The notes below the pieces were generated by a model. It saw nothing but the letters and a program-made list of their open reading frames with translations. It was not told where the DNA came from and did not search any database. A stretch of DNA of 64,000 bases from an uncultured virus (IMG/VR IMGVR_UViG_3300005201_000018) (lineage: Duplodnaviria; Heunggongvirae; Uroviricota; Caudoviricetes): IMG/VR virus record IMGVR_UViG_3300005201_000018. One strand, given 5' to 3'. A program made the position numbers and the translations under genes. Positions 40,674 to 49,260 of the stretch are shown here, piece after piece; within the stretch, counting starts at the first letter, position 1; every line of letters begins with the position of its first letter.

Positions 40674-41536
40674 AGCAGCCCTTCAGGTATTTTAGGGGTG
40701 AGTTTAACGGAGCATACCTGTATCCTTTAGTGACGTGTCCAAACTATGTGGTAAGCGATATTTTGGATGAGTTTGTGTACCAAGTTCTTCATCAATGGAA
40801 ACTTGCGGATGAGGTAGCATCTGGAGAAATACCTATAAGAGATAAAGATATTTTTAGCGTAGCTCAAATTGGTGGGCTTTGTCAGTTATATGCGTACGGT
40901 ATGTCTTCGTATGGTTCAGTATATTTTACGCAAAGTCACAAAGTTTCAGAACAAGAAAGAAGCGACCGCGGTCTCTTTGATATGGATACAAACCAGTTTG
41001 ATTTTGTTAGAACACAATATGATAGTTATTCTGATGACATAGTAAACGAAGCATCCAGTACCAGACGAATCAGTTTTGTACCTGAAGGTAGAGTTCCGTT
41101 AGGCTATTTGCCGGAAGGCAGTGACTTGTATACTGATGAAGGCGAAATTATGTGGGACAACCTGTTGTCTGAACCGCCGGAGGACGATACTCCTTATACT
41201 CCTTTTTATGGAGAGGAGTTTCTAACGCACGAGAATTTTTTCAAGCAACGAATGTTTTTAACGGTTGAAATATTCAAACTTCTCTTTGAATGTTTACAAC
41301 GCATACGGTACAATGGCCCATCAATAGCGTCTTTCCTTGAGGTAACTCGTATATTGTGTGATGTATATATTTATGACATTGAAATCATTTCTTCCGGCAG
41401 ATTTTCTATTGTACATTATAGCACAGATAGCTCTTTTGACCTAGAAAATAAGGATATGCGTACATTTGCATGGCAAAAGCTGTGCGCACAAAAATTCAAA
41501 CTATTTACGCTTGCGCATAGAGAAGAGGAGGTGTAG
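40670..41536 (+). CDS. Probable baseplate wedge (gpI-like) protein
   Basis: Position between J-like and fibre genes; ATGA overlap. Confidence 0.5.
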   Translation: MKQPFRYFRGEFNGAYLYPLVTCPNYVVSDILDEFVYQVLHQWKLADEVASGEIPIRDKDIFSVAQIGGLCQLYAYGMSSYGSVYFTQSHKVSEQERSDRGLFDMDTNQFDFVRTQYDSYSDDIVNEASSTRRISFVPEGRVPLGYLPEGSDLYTDEGEIMWDNLLSEPPEDDTPYTPFYGEEFLTHENFFKQRMFLTVEIFKLLFECLQRIRYNGPSIASFLEVTRILCDVYIYDIEIISSGRFSIVHYSTDSSFDLENKDMRTFAWQKLCAQKFKLFTLAHREEEV

Positions 41537-41537
41537 T

Positions 41538-43961
41538 ATGTCACTACAAGGTGATCTTCAGCAAATAAAAAGTGTTGTTACCGGTCTTGAAAATAACCCT
41601 GTTGCTCGTCTTGCGTATACCCAAAGCGCTTTTGACGCCGACAATGTGGACGGAGTTGCTAACTTTAACAACAGCGCGGAACAAAACATACCGCTTGCTA
41701 CGAAGACCGATTTTAACCCGACAGTTCTTACAAAAGGTATCCGTGGTGACTGTGCTTCCTATCCACGGAACGCATGGAACCACTATCTTGGCAGAATGTC
41801 CTACAATCTAAACAAATTGGTACAAAAGATTGGTGCTCTAATAACCGTTCTTTTATCTATGTTGTCAAAAGGCGGCTTTAGATATGATAACCAGGCTACC
41901 TATAGTACTGGGAGCATCTGTTATGACATTGATAGTAACAATATAATTACCTGGTATAAGCGTAACAGCACATATTCAAATGGACCTGTTCCGCTTACCG
42001 ATACATATTGGGACGAACTTGCTGATAAGGTTTCCCTGGAAGCCGTTGTTGCAAATGTTGAAAACAGCCTTACGAGTATATCAACAACTATGGCATTAAG
42101 CGCTGCAAAAGGAAAAGAATTACAGGATACTAAGGCTCCTATTAACACTATACTTATGGATGCAGCGGAGTCTAACACGTTACCAAATACGTCGAATACA
42201 GCGCTTACAGCGCTGCTGCAAACAATGCGGAACAATATAAAGCATTTGTTTAACAACAAGGCGAACAAAACAGAGGGTGTTTCTAGCGGTACTGTAGGAA
42301 CTGCGATAAGTACGGCTGTTAAGACTGCTACAGTTGATAATTTTATGTATGCCGAAAGTAATAACAAGCTGTTGATACTCACGTTTACTAATGGTAATTC
42401 TGCTGCTGCAACAAAACTAAATATAAATTCGCAGGGCGACAAGGATATTTGGTACAAAGGTGCACTAACATCAACAACAAACCCGTGGGTATCTCCAGCA
42501 GGCAGCAGTGTTTTATTACAGTATGATACCGCGAATAACCGGTTTAATATCATTGACGATGGGTTGGATAGTAATCGTATAAGCAGTGCAATTACAACTA
42601 CATCAATCAGCACTGCGACAAAAGTGGTGTCTGTTCCTAATTTTATCCTTTCCAGGAGCAGTGGAAAGTTGTTGGCGCTTACATTTACTTACGGTAACTC
42701 TGCTGCTGTACCCGTTTTGAACGTGAATACACAGGGAGCAAAGCCTATCTGGATTAACGGAGCTGTAACGTCATCGTCAAATCTGCTAACACTTGTTGCC
42801 AACGCTACCGTATTTTTTCAGTATGACCTAACAAACGACCGCTTTAATGTTGTCAGTATAGTTGACGGCTCGGCCTATGGGCTTGTTCGTTTCCCTGTTA
42901 TAGCTACAACCAGTAATGTCGCAAAATCCGCGTTGCCCTATACCTACTTTGGTGCCAGTACCGAAGTACATCTTAATAACTACAGGGAAGCCGGAGAGTT
43001 TACCTTTTATAACATATCTTCAAGCTCAACAGGTTTCCCAGCAGGCTTCGGAACAGGGACAGCAAATTCAGCTAGTTTGAAAGTAATATTGTTTTATGGG
43101 GATACTGCCGGACTTCAGATTCTTCGTAAACGTGGAACGCGCCAAAAATGGGAGCGAATCTTTACCGCTGCCAGTACGTTTACAGCATGGGAGCTCGTTA
43201 GCGGGTCTGAAGTAGGCGATGTATATATTCAATACCCTAACACAAGGGAACCGGGTCAAAAGTGGCCTAGTGAAAACTGGGTAGATTGGACGGAACGTGT
43301 TGAATTTTATGAGGTTTCTACAAGTGTACCTGCATATACAACGTATGCTGCAAACCAAAGCTATAATGTCGGCGTCTATGTATTGTATACACACAAGGAT
43401 AAGAGCCAGGAAATATTTAAGTGTAAAAATGCCATTGCAAGCGCTCCTGCCGTACTTGACCCTGTTAACTGGACACCATTGCGTGATGACACAAATGCAA
43501 ACTATGTTACAACGTGTGTAGAGAGAATCAGCATCCAGGCAACATGGGGCGCGACTGCGTCTACTGACTTAGCTATAGGAGTCACAATATCGGGTGCTCC
43601 TGTAAGCACATATAACGGTAAACGCATAACGGGTAGATATACGCCGGGCGGGAAATTCGCTGGGTTTGCCGGTGGAAATAGACCACCGTATATAAATGGC
43701 GGGGTAGCTCCGGATGTCCAGCGGGCCATTACAGGCGCGGCGCAGTGGCTTTATATGGGATACCCGGCCTGGGGTACAAATGTCAGAGAGGGGGCCTTTT
43801 CTTTTGGCGCGGCGCTTGGATCCTTGGCAGGAGAAACGGTTGGTACAGCGGTCAGTGACTATCAAGGCTCTTTGAGGTTTAATTCTGCCGATTCCGTCCT
43901 CACCAGCCCGGAAAACAGTCCGCGTACCATGTCTGTACGCTACTGGAGGCGTGTGGCTTAG
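41538..43961 (+). CDS. Tail fibre with switchable C-terminus (cassette A currently fused)
   Basis: ALSAAKGKEL fibre motif, duplicated LTFT.GNSAA..LN.N.QG.K.IW domain, knob-like segment; ends SPRTMSVRYWRRVA. Confidence 0.9.
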   Translation: MSLQGDLQQIKSVVTGLENNPVARLAYTQSAFDADNVDGVANFNNSAEQNIPLATKTDFNPTVLTKGIRGDCASYPRNAWNHYLGRMSYNLNKLVQKIGALITVLLSMLSKGGFRYDNQATYSTGSICYDIDSNNIITWYKRNSTYSNGPVPLTDTYWDELADKVSLEAVVANVENSLTSISTTMALSAAKGKELQDTKAPINTILMDAAESNTLPNTSNTALTALLQTMRNNIKHLFNNKANKTEGVSSGTVGTAISTAVKTATVDNFMYAESNNKLLILTFTNGNSAAATKLNINSQGDKDIWYKGALTSTTNPWVSPAGSSVLLQYDTANNRFNIIDDGLDSNRISSAITTTSISTATKVVSVPNFILSRSSGKLLALTFTYGNSAAVPVLNVNTQGAKPIWINGAVTSSSNLLTLVANATVFFQYDLTNDRFNVVSIVDGSAYGLVRFPVIATTSNVAKSALPYTYFGASTEVHLNNYREAGEFTFYNISSSSTGFPAGFGTGTANSASLKVILFYGDTAGLQILRKRGTRQKWERIFTAASTFTAWELVSGSEVGDVYIQYPNTREPGQKWPSENWVDWTERVEFYEVSTSVPAYTTYAANQSYNVGVYVLYTHKDKSQEIFKCKNAIASAPAVLDPVNWTPLRDDTNANYVTTCVERISIQATWGATASTDLAIGVTISGAPVSTYNGKRITGRYTPGGKFAGFAGGNRPPYINGGVAPDVQRAITGAAQWLYMGYPAWGTNVREGAFSFGAALGSLAGETVGTAVSDYQGSLRFNSADSVLTSPENSPRTMSVRYWRRVA
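43684..43717 (+). repeat. Inversion site 1, inside the fibre gene
   Basis: caccgtatataaatggcggggtagctccggatgt. Confidence 0.9.
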
Positions 43962-44241
43962 GTAACCCTGCGCCAGTACCTAACGGACATGGTTCTGGGT
44001 GATGCCTCCGGGCCAACTGGGACTGCGAGACCAGAATCAAACTTAAAAGCTGAATTGGCGTTGCTTGTACCGCTACTCACAAGCTGGAAGCCGAATATAT
44101 TGTCAGAGAAAGGAACGCGCTTAAAAGGCCCTGTCAAGTTTTCATCACTAACTGCAAGATGTGCACCGTAGGGTGTATAGGTAAATTGCCCAACTATGGA
44201 TCGGCTAACATCGGGCGCCACCCCGCCATTTATATACGGTG
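43958..44241 (-). other. Silent fibre C-terminal cassette B
   Basis: PYINGGVAPDVSRSIVGQ...SPRTMSVRYWRRVT*. Confidence 0.9.
44208..44241 (-). repeat. Inversion site 2
   Basis: Reverse complement caccgtatataaatggcggggtggcgcccgatgt. Confidence 0.9.
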
Positions 44242-44260
44242 AATTGTTTTAGCCGGGAAG

Positions 44261-44845
44261 TTATGCCGCGCTGATATCCTTTAGTTCCGCGTCAAGTGTC
44301 TTCCAATTTATCCGCAGCGATGCAATTTCTGACTGGACTCTTCGTACCGTTTCATCGGGGTCAGGCTCACCAGGATCAGGTGGTATTCCCAAATATATTT
44401 CGCGGAGTGCCCGGAGTTGCTCCGTTTCTATCCGGCTAATTTCTGCCTCAATCTGCGCAATAGCTGACTGCTTCTCTGCCTTCGCTTCCTCAATCGTATC
44501 AATTATCCAGTGTCTTGTTTGCTGGTCAAATTTTCTGAACGGGTTGTCCGGTGGCACCTCTTTTGTCTCGTTTTCAGCAAGTTCTTCATCGTAGTCATAA
44601 ATATCCCTTGGTGATCCGTCGTGTATATTATATACGCGTCCTTTATTATTTATGCGCTTACCTTGTAGTACGAGATCCGTATCTGATATGCGAAACCAGC
44701 TACCATCAAACCATTCTACCTTGTCTCCAGGAGAACCACCCCAATTTAATGGGTGCCTAATCCAGTCAGCTTCTCCAACCGGTATTTCTCCTCCCTGCAC
44801 ATCGCAAATCCTGCCGTCAACAACTGTATGCCATCCACCATCCAT
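44261..44845 (-). CDS. Probable tail fibre assembly chaperone inside the invertible region
   Basis: GGAGG RBS; EVPPDNPFRKFD....WIID plus C-terminal coiled coil, Tfa-like. Confidence 0.65.
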   Translation of the reverse strand: MDGGWHTVVDGRICDVQGGEIPVGEADWIRHPLNWGGSPGDKVEWFDGSWFRISDTDLVLQGKRINNKGRVYNIHDGSPRDIYDYDEELAENETKEVPPDNPFRKFDQQTRHWIIDTIEEAKAEKQSAIAQIEAEISRIETEQLRALREIYLGIPPDPGEPDPDETVRRVQSEIASLRINWKTLDAELKDISAA

Positions 44846-44908
44846 TTTGTCCCTCCGTTATAAATAGGTTATCACAAAATTATTTATTGTCAAGTGAAAT
44901 AATAAATT

Positions 44909-44942
44909 CACCGTTTATAAATGGCGGAGTGGCGCCGGATGT
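44909..44942 (+). repeat. Inversion site 3
   Basis: caccgtttataaatggcggagtggcgccggatgt. Confidence 0.9.
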
Positions 44943-45171
44943 TAGCAGGCCGATTACCGGCGCTGTTAAAGATGGTCCCAATTATGGCCTTATTTCTTAT
45001 GCTTCCGAGGTAGGTGGAGTATTTCGCAGAGGTTCCGCTACTCCCTATTGCCTTGCCGGCCACGGGCAACCTGGTTACGCACTTGAGATTGATTCCTCCT
45101 TAGTCAACCCCGCCGGCCCGGAAAATTCTCCCAGAACCATGTCTGTGCGTTATTGGCGCAGGGTTGCCTAA
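44909..45171 (+). other. Silent fibre C-terminal cassette C
   Basis: PFINGGVAPDVSRPITGA...SPRTMSVRYWRRVA*. Confidence 0.9.
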
Positions 45172-45418
45172 GCCACGCGCCTCCAGTAACGGACAGAGAG
45201 CGCGCGTGGACTGTTTTCGGGGCCTATTGGGACAACTAGGCCGGAGTGTATTTCAGCAAACGCAGAGTACCCTGGGCCATAGTTGCCACCGCCTGCACTG
45301 CCAACACCGGTTGTAATTACGGCACCCTCGCCATTCGTACACCCGCCGTAGGTTATCGAGTGCTTTCCCCAAATTTCCCTGATAACATCGGGCGCCACAC
45401 CGCCATTTATATACGGTG
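45168..45418 (-). other. Silent fibre C-terminal cassette D
   Basis: PYINGGVAPDVIREIWGK...SPRALSVRYWRRVA*. Confidence 0.9.
45385..45418 (-). repeat. Inversion site 4
   Basis: Reverse complement caccgtatataaatggcggtgtggcgcccgatgt. Confidence 0.9.
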
Positions 45419-45424
45419 AATTAT

Positions 45425-46021
45425 TTATGTCGTTAACCGCTCACGCCTGAACAGTCGGACTGTCTGCCTATGTACACCAAATCGTTCGCCAATCTCGACG
45501 TTATTTTTCCCTTCCAGAACCATTTTCCGTATTTCGTTCTCATGCCCTGAAAGTCTTACGTTCGTAACCCTCCCCGGACGGCGACCGAGCACTTTTCCCT
45601 CTGCTTTACACCGAGCCAGGGCTTCCTTGGTACGTTGCGCGATTAAATTTCTCTCAATTTCAGCCGAAAGTCCAAACGCAAAGGCGAGCACCTTACTCTG
45701 TATATCGTCCCCTAAGCGATAATTGTCCTTTATGGTCCATATTTTAGCCCCTATAGACAGGCAATACTGCAAAATCGACATTATCATAAGCAGGCTGCGT
45801 CCAAGCCTCGACAGTTCAGAACAGATTATCAAGTCGTCCTGTTTAACGGCTTTAAGAAGCGCCCCGAGCATCCTTTTTTCAAGAGTTTTTGTTCCGCTAA
45901 TTGTCTCTTCAATCCACTGACCAACGCATATTTTGTTGTTCGCGCAAAACTGTTCGATTTCAAACCGCTGATTTCTAACTGTCTGCTTATCTGTGCTGAC
46001 CCTTACATATCCATATACCAT
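45425..46021 (-). CDS. Serine recombinase/DNA invertase, Mpi-like
   Basis: YGYVRVSTDKQ catalytic Ser, SELSRLGR, LGDDIQSKVLAFAFGLSAEIER, C-terminal HTH. Confidence 0.92.
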   Translation of the reverse strand: MVYGYVRVSTDKQTVRNQRFEIEQFCANNKICVGQWIEETISGTKTLEKRMLGALLKAVKQDDLIICSELSRLGRSLLMIMSILQYCLSIGAKIWTIKDNYRLGDDIQSKVLAFAFGLSAEIERNLIAQRTKEALARCKAEGKVLGRRPGRVTNVRLSGHENEIRKMVLEGKNNVEIGERFGVHRQTVRLFRRERLTT

Positions 46022-46055
46022 ATACTCCTCCAAAAATTTTGATAAATTTTAGGGT

Positions 46056-46089
46056 AAAGTATTGACATTTGAGAAAAGCATGGTACGGT
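46056..46089 (+). promoter_or_regulatory. Late promoter motif 6
   Basis: AAAGTA-TTGACA-16 nt-TACGGT. Confidence 0.8.
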
Positions 46090-46110
46090 CATGTAGGTTT
46101 TGGAGGCGGT

Positions 46111-46563
46111 GTGGACTTTAAGGTAAGCAGAAAAGAAAAACGCTGGCAGGCAGACGGACCTGTAGACGTTCTTGTAGACAACGTTTGTGATCTATACCCG
46201 GTATTCGCTAGTGACCCAATATACGCCGGCCAAGCCATACAAATTGGTCAGGATACGATTACCGGTCAAGACAGGGAAAATATAGTTATGGATGTCGAAA
46301 TCATTGATGACGACAGGGCTGAACTTTTAGACCGAGCGATGTTTGCGTTAATGAAGCAGCGCGGTGCGGATCCTGTTGAACTAAATGATGGCGTCCAATG
46401 GGCCGAGGCTGTCATAGGCGAAGTACCTCCTTCGGTAATACTCCAGCAAGTTCAGTCTGCTGTTTTTGAAGAAGGGCCTGGAGTACGGGCAACGGCTGCC
46501 GTTATTAAGAACGGCAGCAGAGAGAACTTATTTTTTAAGGTGGAACTTACCAATGCTGTTTAA
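46111..46563 (+). CDS. Possible sheath-initiator/baseplate wedge protein (gp25/Mu gp46-like)
   Basis: GGAGG plus GTG 46111; KQRGADP...DGVQW motif; family call tentative. Confidence 0.45.
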   Translation: MDFKVSRKEKRWQADGPVDVLVDNVCDLYPVFASDPIYAGQAIQIGQDTITGQDRENIVMDVEIIDDDRAELLDRAMFALMKQRGADPVELNDGVQWAEAVIGEVPPSVILQQVQSAVFEEGPGVRATAAVIKNGSRENLFFKVELTNAV

Positions 46564-46579
46564 TGGTTATTTTTTGCCA

Positions 46580-46613
46580 AAAGTATTGACTTCCATTACT
46601 CACATGGTACGTT
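46580..46613 (+). promoter_or_regulatory. Late promoter motif 7
   Basis: AAAGTA-TTGACT-16 nt-TACGTT. Confidence 0.8.
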
Positions 46614-46634
46614 TATGTGTTAGGAGGGGCAGAG

Positions 46635-47351
46635 ATGCAAGGCAAAATTGAGGCAGATTTAGCAACAATACCGCCTATTAACATGGTTATATTTTTCTGT
46701 GGTATTGCGCTGCTGCTTGTGCTAATTGCAGTTATTATACACAAGCTCGGTATTATAAGTATTGGGCCGATAAAGCGCGAGCAACGCGGCCAGTCGTCCA
46801 TGTACAACATGAATGAAGAGAACTACAAGCTGGATGATACGTACCGGAAACAGATGCGCGAAGTAACCAGTAAAATGAAGCGGTATATAAGCAACATATT
46901 TGCCGAGCTGCATGTCTGCACGTTGTCACGGTTAGCTATATCATCGGTTATACTATTCCCGATGTATGAGAGTGTCGCGAATAATCACTTTACCACAGAG
47001 TTGATGCCCGAACAATACGGCGCGTACCGAGAGCGCATTATAGAGGCAATGCAAGAAGAATATAAATCTTTGTCTACGGCCTCAATGGATATAAAGTGCG
47101 GTAGTTCCACTATGCCGTCGTGGAACACCATAGAGAGTCAGATTATTGGATGTATTGATATATGGCTCAAAAAAATCAGCAGAGAAGTCTTACTGTGCTG
47201 TGAGAAGAAGGTTAAGGTGTACAACAAGTACATAGTGGACTTTGAAGCGGCAAAAGATACGTACCGTGCCGGCATCGCCAAAAAATGTGTTGAAAAAAAT
47301 GAAGGGTATATAACGGTACTACGTACCAGAACAAACAGGGGTGCGCTATGA
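46635..47351 (+). CDS. Single-TM protein, candidate holin or lysis regulator
   Basis: N-terminal TM helix; coupled to the endolysin by ATGA overlap. Confidence 0.5.
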   Translation: MQGKIEADLATIPPINMVIFFCGIALLLVLIAVIIHKLGIISIGPIKREQRGQSSMYNMNEENYKLDDTYRKQMREVTSKMKRYISNIFAELHVCTLSRLAISSVILFPMYESVANNHFTTELMPEQYGAYRERIIEAMQEEYKSLSTASMDIKCGSSTMPSWNTIESQIIGCIDIWLKKISREVLLCCEKKVKVYNKYIVDFEAAKDTYRAGIAKKCVEKNEGYITVLRTRTNRGAL

Positions 47352-47977
47352 TTCATTTCGATTTTATTAACGAGGTACTTGCCCTATTTGAAGGCAGTGC
47401 GTATACAAAAGGGTACATACCTTGCAGCGGTGGTACATACTATGGTGGTACGGAACCTGACAAAGGAGAACCGTTAGGTGCATCCGGCGTAACAATTGCC
47501 ACAGGTGTAGACCTTGGGCAACAAACGAGTACCGGTCTTAGGGCTATGGGCCTGTCGTTAGAAACCCTGGCTGTTCTTACTCCATATATTGGGTTGAAGA
47601 AACAATACGCCGTTCAAAGATTGAAGGAAAAGCCGCTCACTATTACGCAAGAGCAGGTAAAGGAGATTGACGATGCGGTACATAAAACATATATCGCCGA
47701 TGCAGCCAGGAAATTTGGGCAGGAACGCTTCGAGGCTGCTCCAAAGGAAGCGCAAGCGGTGGCAGTGTCTCTCTGTTATCAGTTTGGAAATCCGTCCCGG
47801 TTGGCAAGCCCCGGTCTAGGTCTTGCTTGGGACGCAATTAAAGCCGGTAACTATAAAAGTGCAGCGCAGTATTTGACAGATCTAAGACTGTGGAATAAAG
47901 ATCACCAGTTCATAAGCCGCCGGGAACAAGAGGCGGCACTGCTTGGCGCTATAAATGCGATCGGGTTTGCCATGTGA
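47348..47977 (+). CDS. Endolysin, pesticin C-terminal-like muramidase
   Basis: FEG...GYIP, SGVTIATGVDLGQ, PYIGLK, SLCYQFG, SRREQEA. Confidence 0.85.
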   Translation: MIHFDFINEVLALFEGSAYTKGYIPCSGGTYYGGTEPDKGEPLGASGVTIATGVDLGQQTSTGLRAMGLSLETLAVLTPYIGLKKQYAVQRLKEKPLTITQEQVKEIDDAVHKTYIADAARKFGQERFEAAPKEAQAVAVSLCYQFGNPSRLASPGLGLAWDAIKAGNYKSAAQYLTDLRLWNKDHQFISRREQEAALLGAINAIGFAM

Positions 47978-47991
47978 GTTAAGGAGGGGTG

Positions 47992-48363
47992 ATGAATGAA
48001 AAAATTACTTTCCGTCTTTTTATTGTACTTATTGTTGTTGCCTTCTTTTCTGGCGGCGCAGCAGGCTTCTACTTTGGGAGAGGAAATCCTGGCAGACTTG
48101 TGGAATTTGAATCTACAAATAGAGAGCTTGCAGCAACAGTTGGAAGTCTTACAGCAGAACGCGATAGAGAGAGAGCAATTGTTAAGCGAATTAGAGATGA
48201 ACAGACAGAAGAGAGAGAGCTTATTGCAACAGCTATCGGAGCTTGTCGAGCAGCAAACAATAGCGTACAAGGTATCACTGCGAAGGTGGAAATTCTCAAC
48301 GGCCTTATTCGGGACCTTGAGCGCCGGGTTATTGATGATGGCAATTTATCAGGGAGTGAGTAA
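47992..48363 (+). CDS. i-spanin-like protein (N-terminal TM plus coiled coil)
   Basis: FRLFIVLIVVAFFSGGAAGFYFG then a helical charged region. Confidence 0.5.
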   Translation: MNEKITFRLFIVLIVVAFFSGGAAGFYFGRGNPGRLVEFESTNRELAATVGSLTAERDRERAIVKRIRDEQTEERELIATAIGACRAANNSVQGITAKVEILNGLIRDLERRVIDDGNLSGSE

Positions 48364-48367
48364 GTAG
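47996..48367 (+). CDS. Overlapping signal-peptide/coiled-coil/C-terminal TM protein
   Basis: MKKLLSVFLLYLLLLPSFLAA signal; Leu/Gln heptads; hydrophobic tail; AAGGAGG 8 nt upstream. Confidence 0.6.
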   Translation: MKKLLSVFLLYLLLLPSFLAAQQASTLGEEILADLWNLNLQIESLQQQLEVLQQNAIEREQLLSELEMNRQKRESLLQQLSELVEQQTIAYKVSLRRWKFSTALFGTLSAGLLMMAIYQGVSK

Positions 48368-48387
48368 TCCACTACAGGAGGATTGTG

Positions 48388-48825
48388 ATGGGGATTAAGA
48401 AGCTAAATGAGTATCGTGTAACATTTGACGATAACACAGACCAAGCGTTTATGGCTGAAAACGCACGGGCCGTAACGAAAACACTGGAAACAACAGAGCG
48501 CCATATTGTGCAGCTTTCCAGGGTAAAGGTTGGCGTGGGCGTAGAGACGCCAATCCGCAACGTGAAGTTTTTGGTAACGGTAACGCCGGATGGCGCTGGT
48601 GTTAACGGGTGCCGTGCGGTGCCGGATACCTGGGTTGTGCCTGAAGGCACCAAGGTTATCTTTACGGCAATACCGGCAGACGGCTACCAATTTGACGGCT
48701 GGTTCAAGAAGGGCGATCCTGCGGTGCTGTCCAGCAACACGGTGGCCGAGCTGCCGGTTGAGTACCCAGAAGACCCGGAAGCCCTGTACACGGAGTTTGA
48801 GGCGCAGTTCTCGCCTATAGTATAG
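48388..48825 (+). CDS. Protein with an InlB B-repeat-like domain
   Basis: FTAIPADGYQFDGW...FEAQF motif. Confidence 0.65.
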   Translation: MGIKKLNEYRVTFDDNTDQAFMAENARAVTKTLETTERHIVQLSRVKVGVGVETPIRNVKFLVTVTPDGAGVNGCRAVPDTWVVPEGTKVIFTAIPADGYQFDGWFKKGDPAVLSSNTVAELPVEYPEDPEALYTEFEAQFSPIV

Positions 48826-48827
48826 AA

Positions 48828-48872
48828 GAAAACAGGCCGTATTTATGACAAATACGGCCTGTCGGCCTTTTT
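48828..48872. terminator. Bidirectional terminator between the convergent arms
   Basis: 13-bp stem acaggccgtattt/aaatacggcctgt. Confidence 0.75.
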
Positions 48873-49104
48873 ACCGTCGATTTCCAAGGGTAACGCCAAG
48901 CGTAATCACTGCCAAGGCCACTATTCCGACCAAGGCAGCAATTAGCTTCAGCGGCAGGATAAGCTCAAAAATGGTGACAACTGTCACCACCAGGGCCATA
49001 AGCACCAGTGTTGCCACCAGTGTAACAGTCAATACGACAGCTGCTGTAATAAGCCGGTACAGAATACCCACTAAAACCACACCAACGACTTCCTTTACTT
49101 TCAT
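48871..49104 (-). CDS. Small, very hydrophobic membrane protein
   Basis: 77 aa, almost all V/L/I/A/T. Confidence 0.55.
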   Translation of the reverse strand: MKVKEVVGVVLVGILYRLITAAVVLTVTLVATLVLMALVVTVVTIFELILPLKLIAALVGIVALAVITLGVTLGNRR

Positions 49105-49260
49105 TCTTTTACCCCTGTGTCACTGTTATGCGTCAAGTTCTCCTGCCCAACGTCGGCAGTGTTTTTATCAAAGCCGCTCTCGTCATCCACAATTCTCGGG
49201 AGCTCCTTCACCCGCCCCCAGTCCCATTTCGATTGTGGCGTCCGTTCAGACACCCATGGA

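Noticed and set aside
43684..45418. Diversity-generating retroelement (TR/VR) explanation for the repeated fibre ends
   Set aside because: No reverse transcriptase in the window; the cassettes differ at all bases and in length, not only at adenines; inverted sites and an invertase explain them
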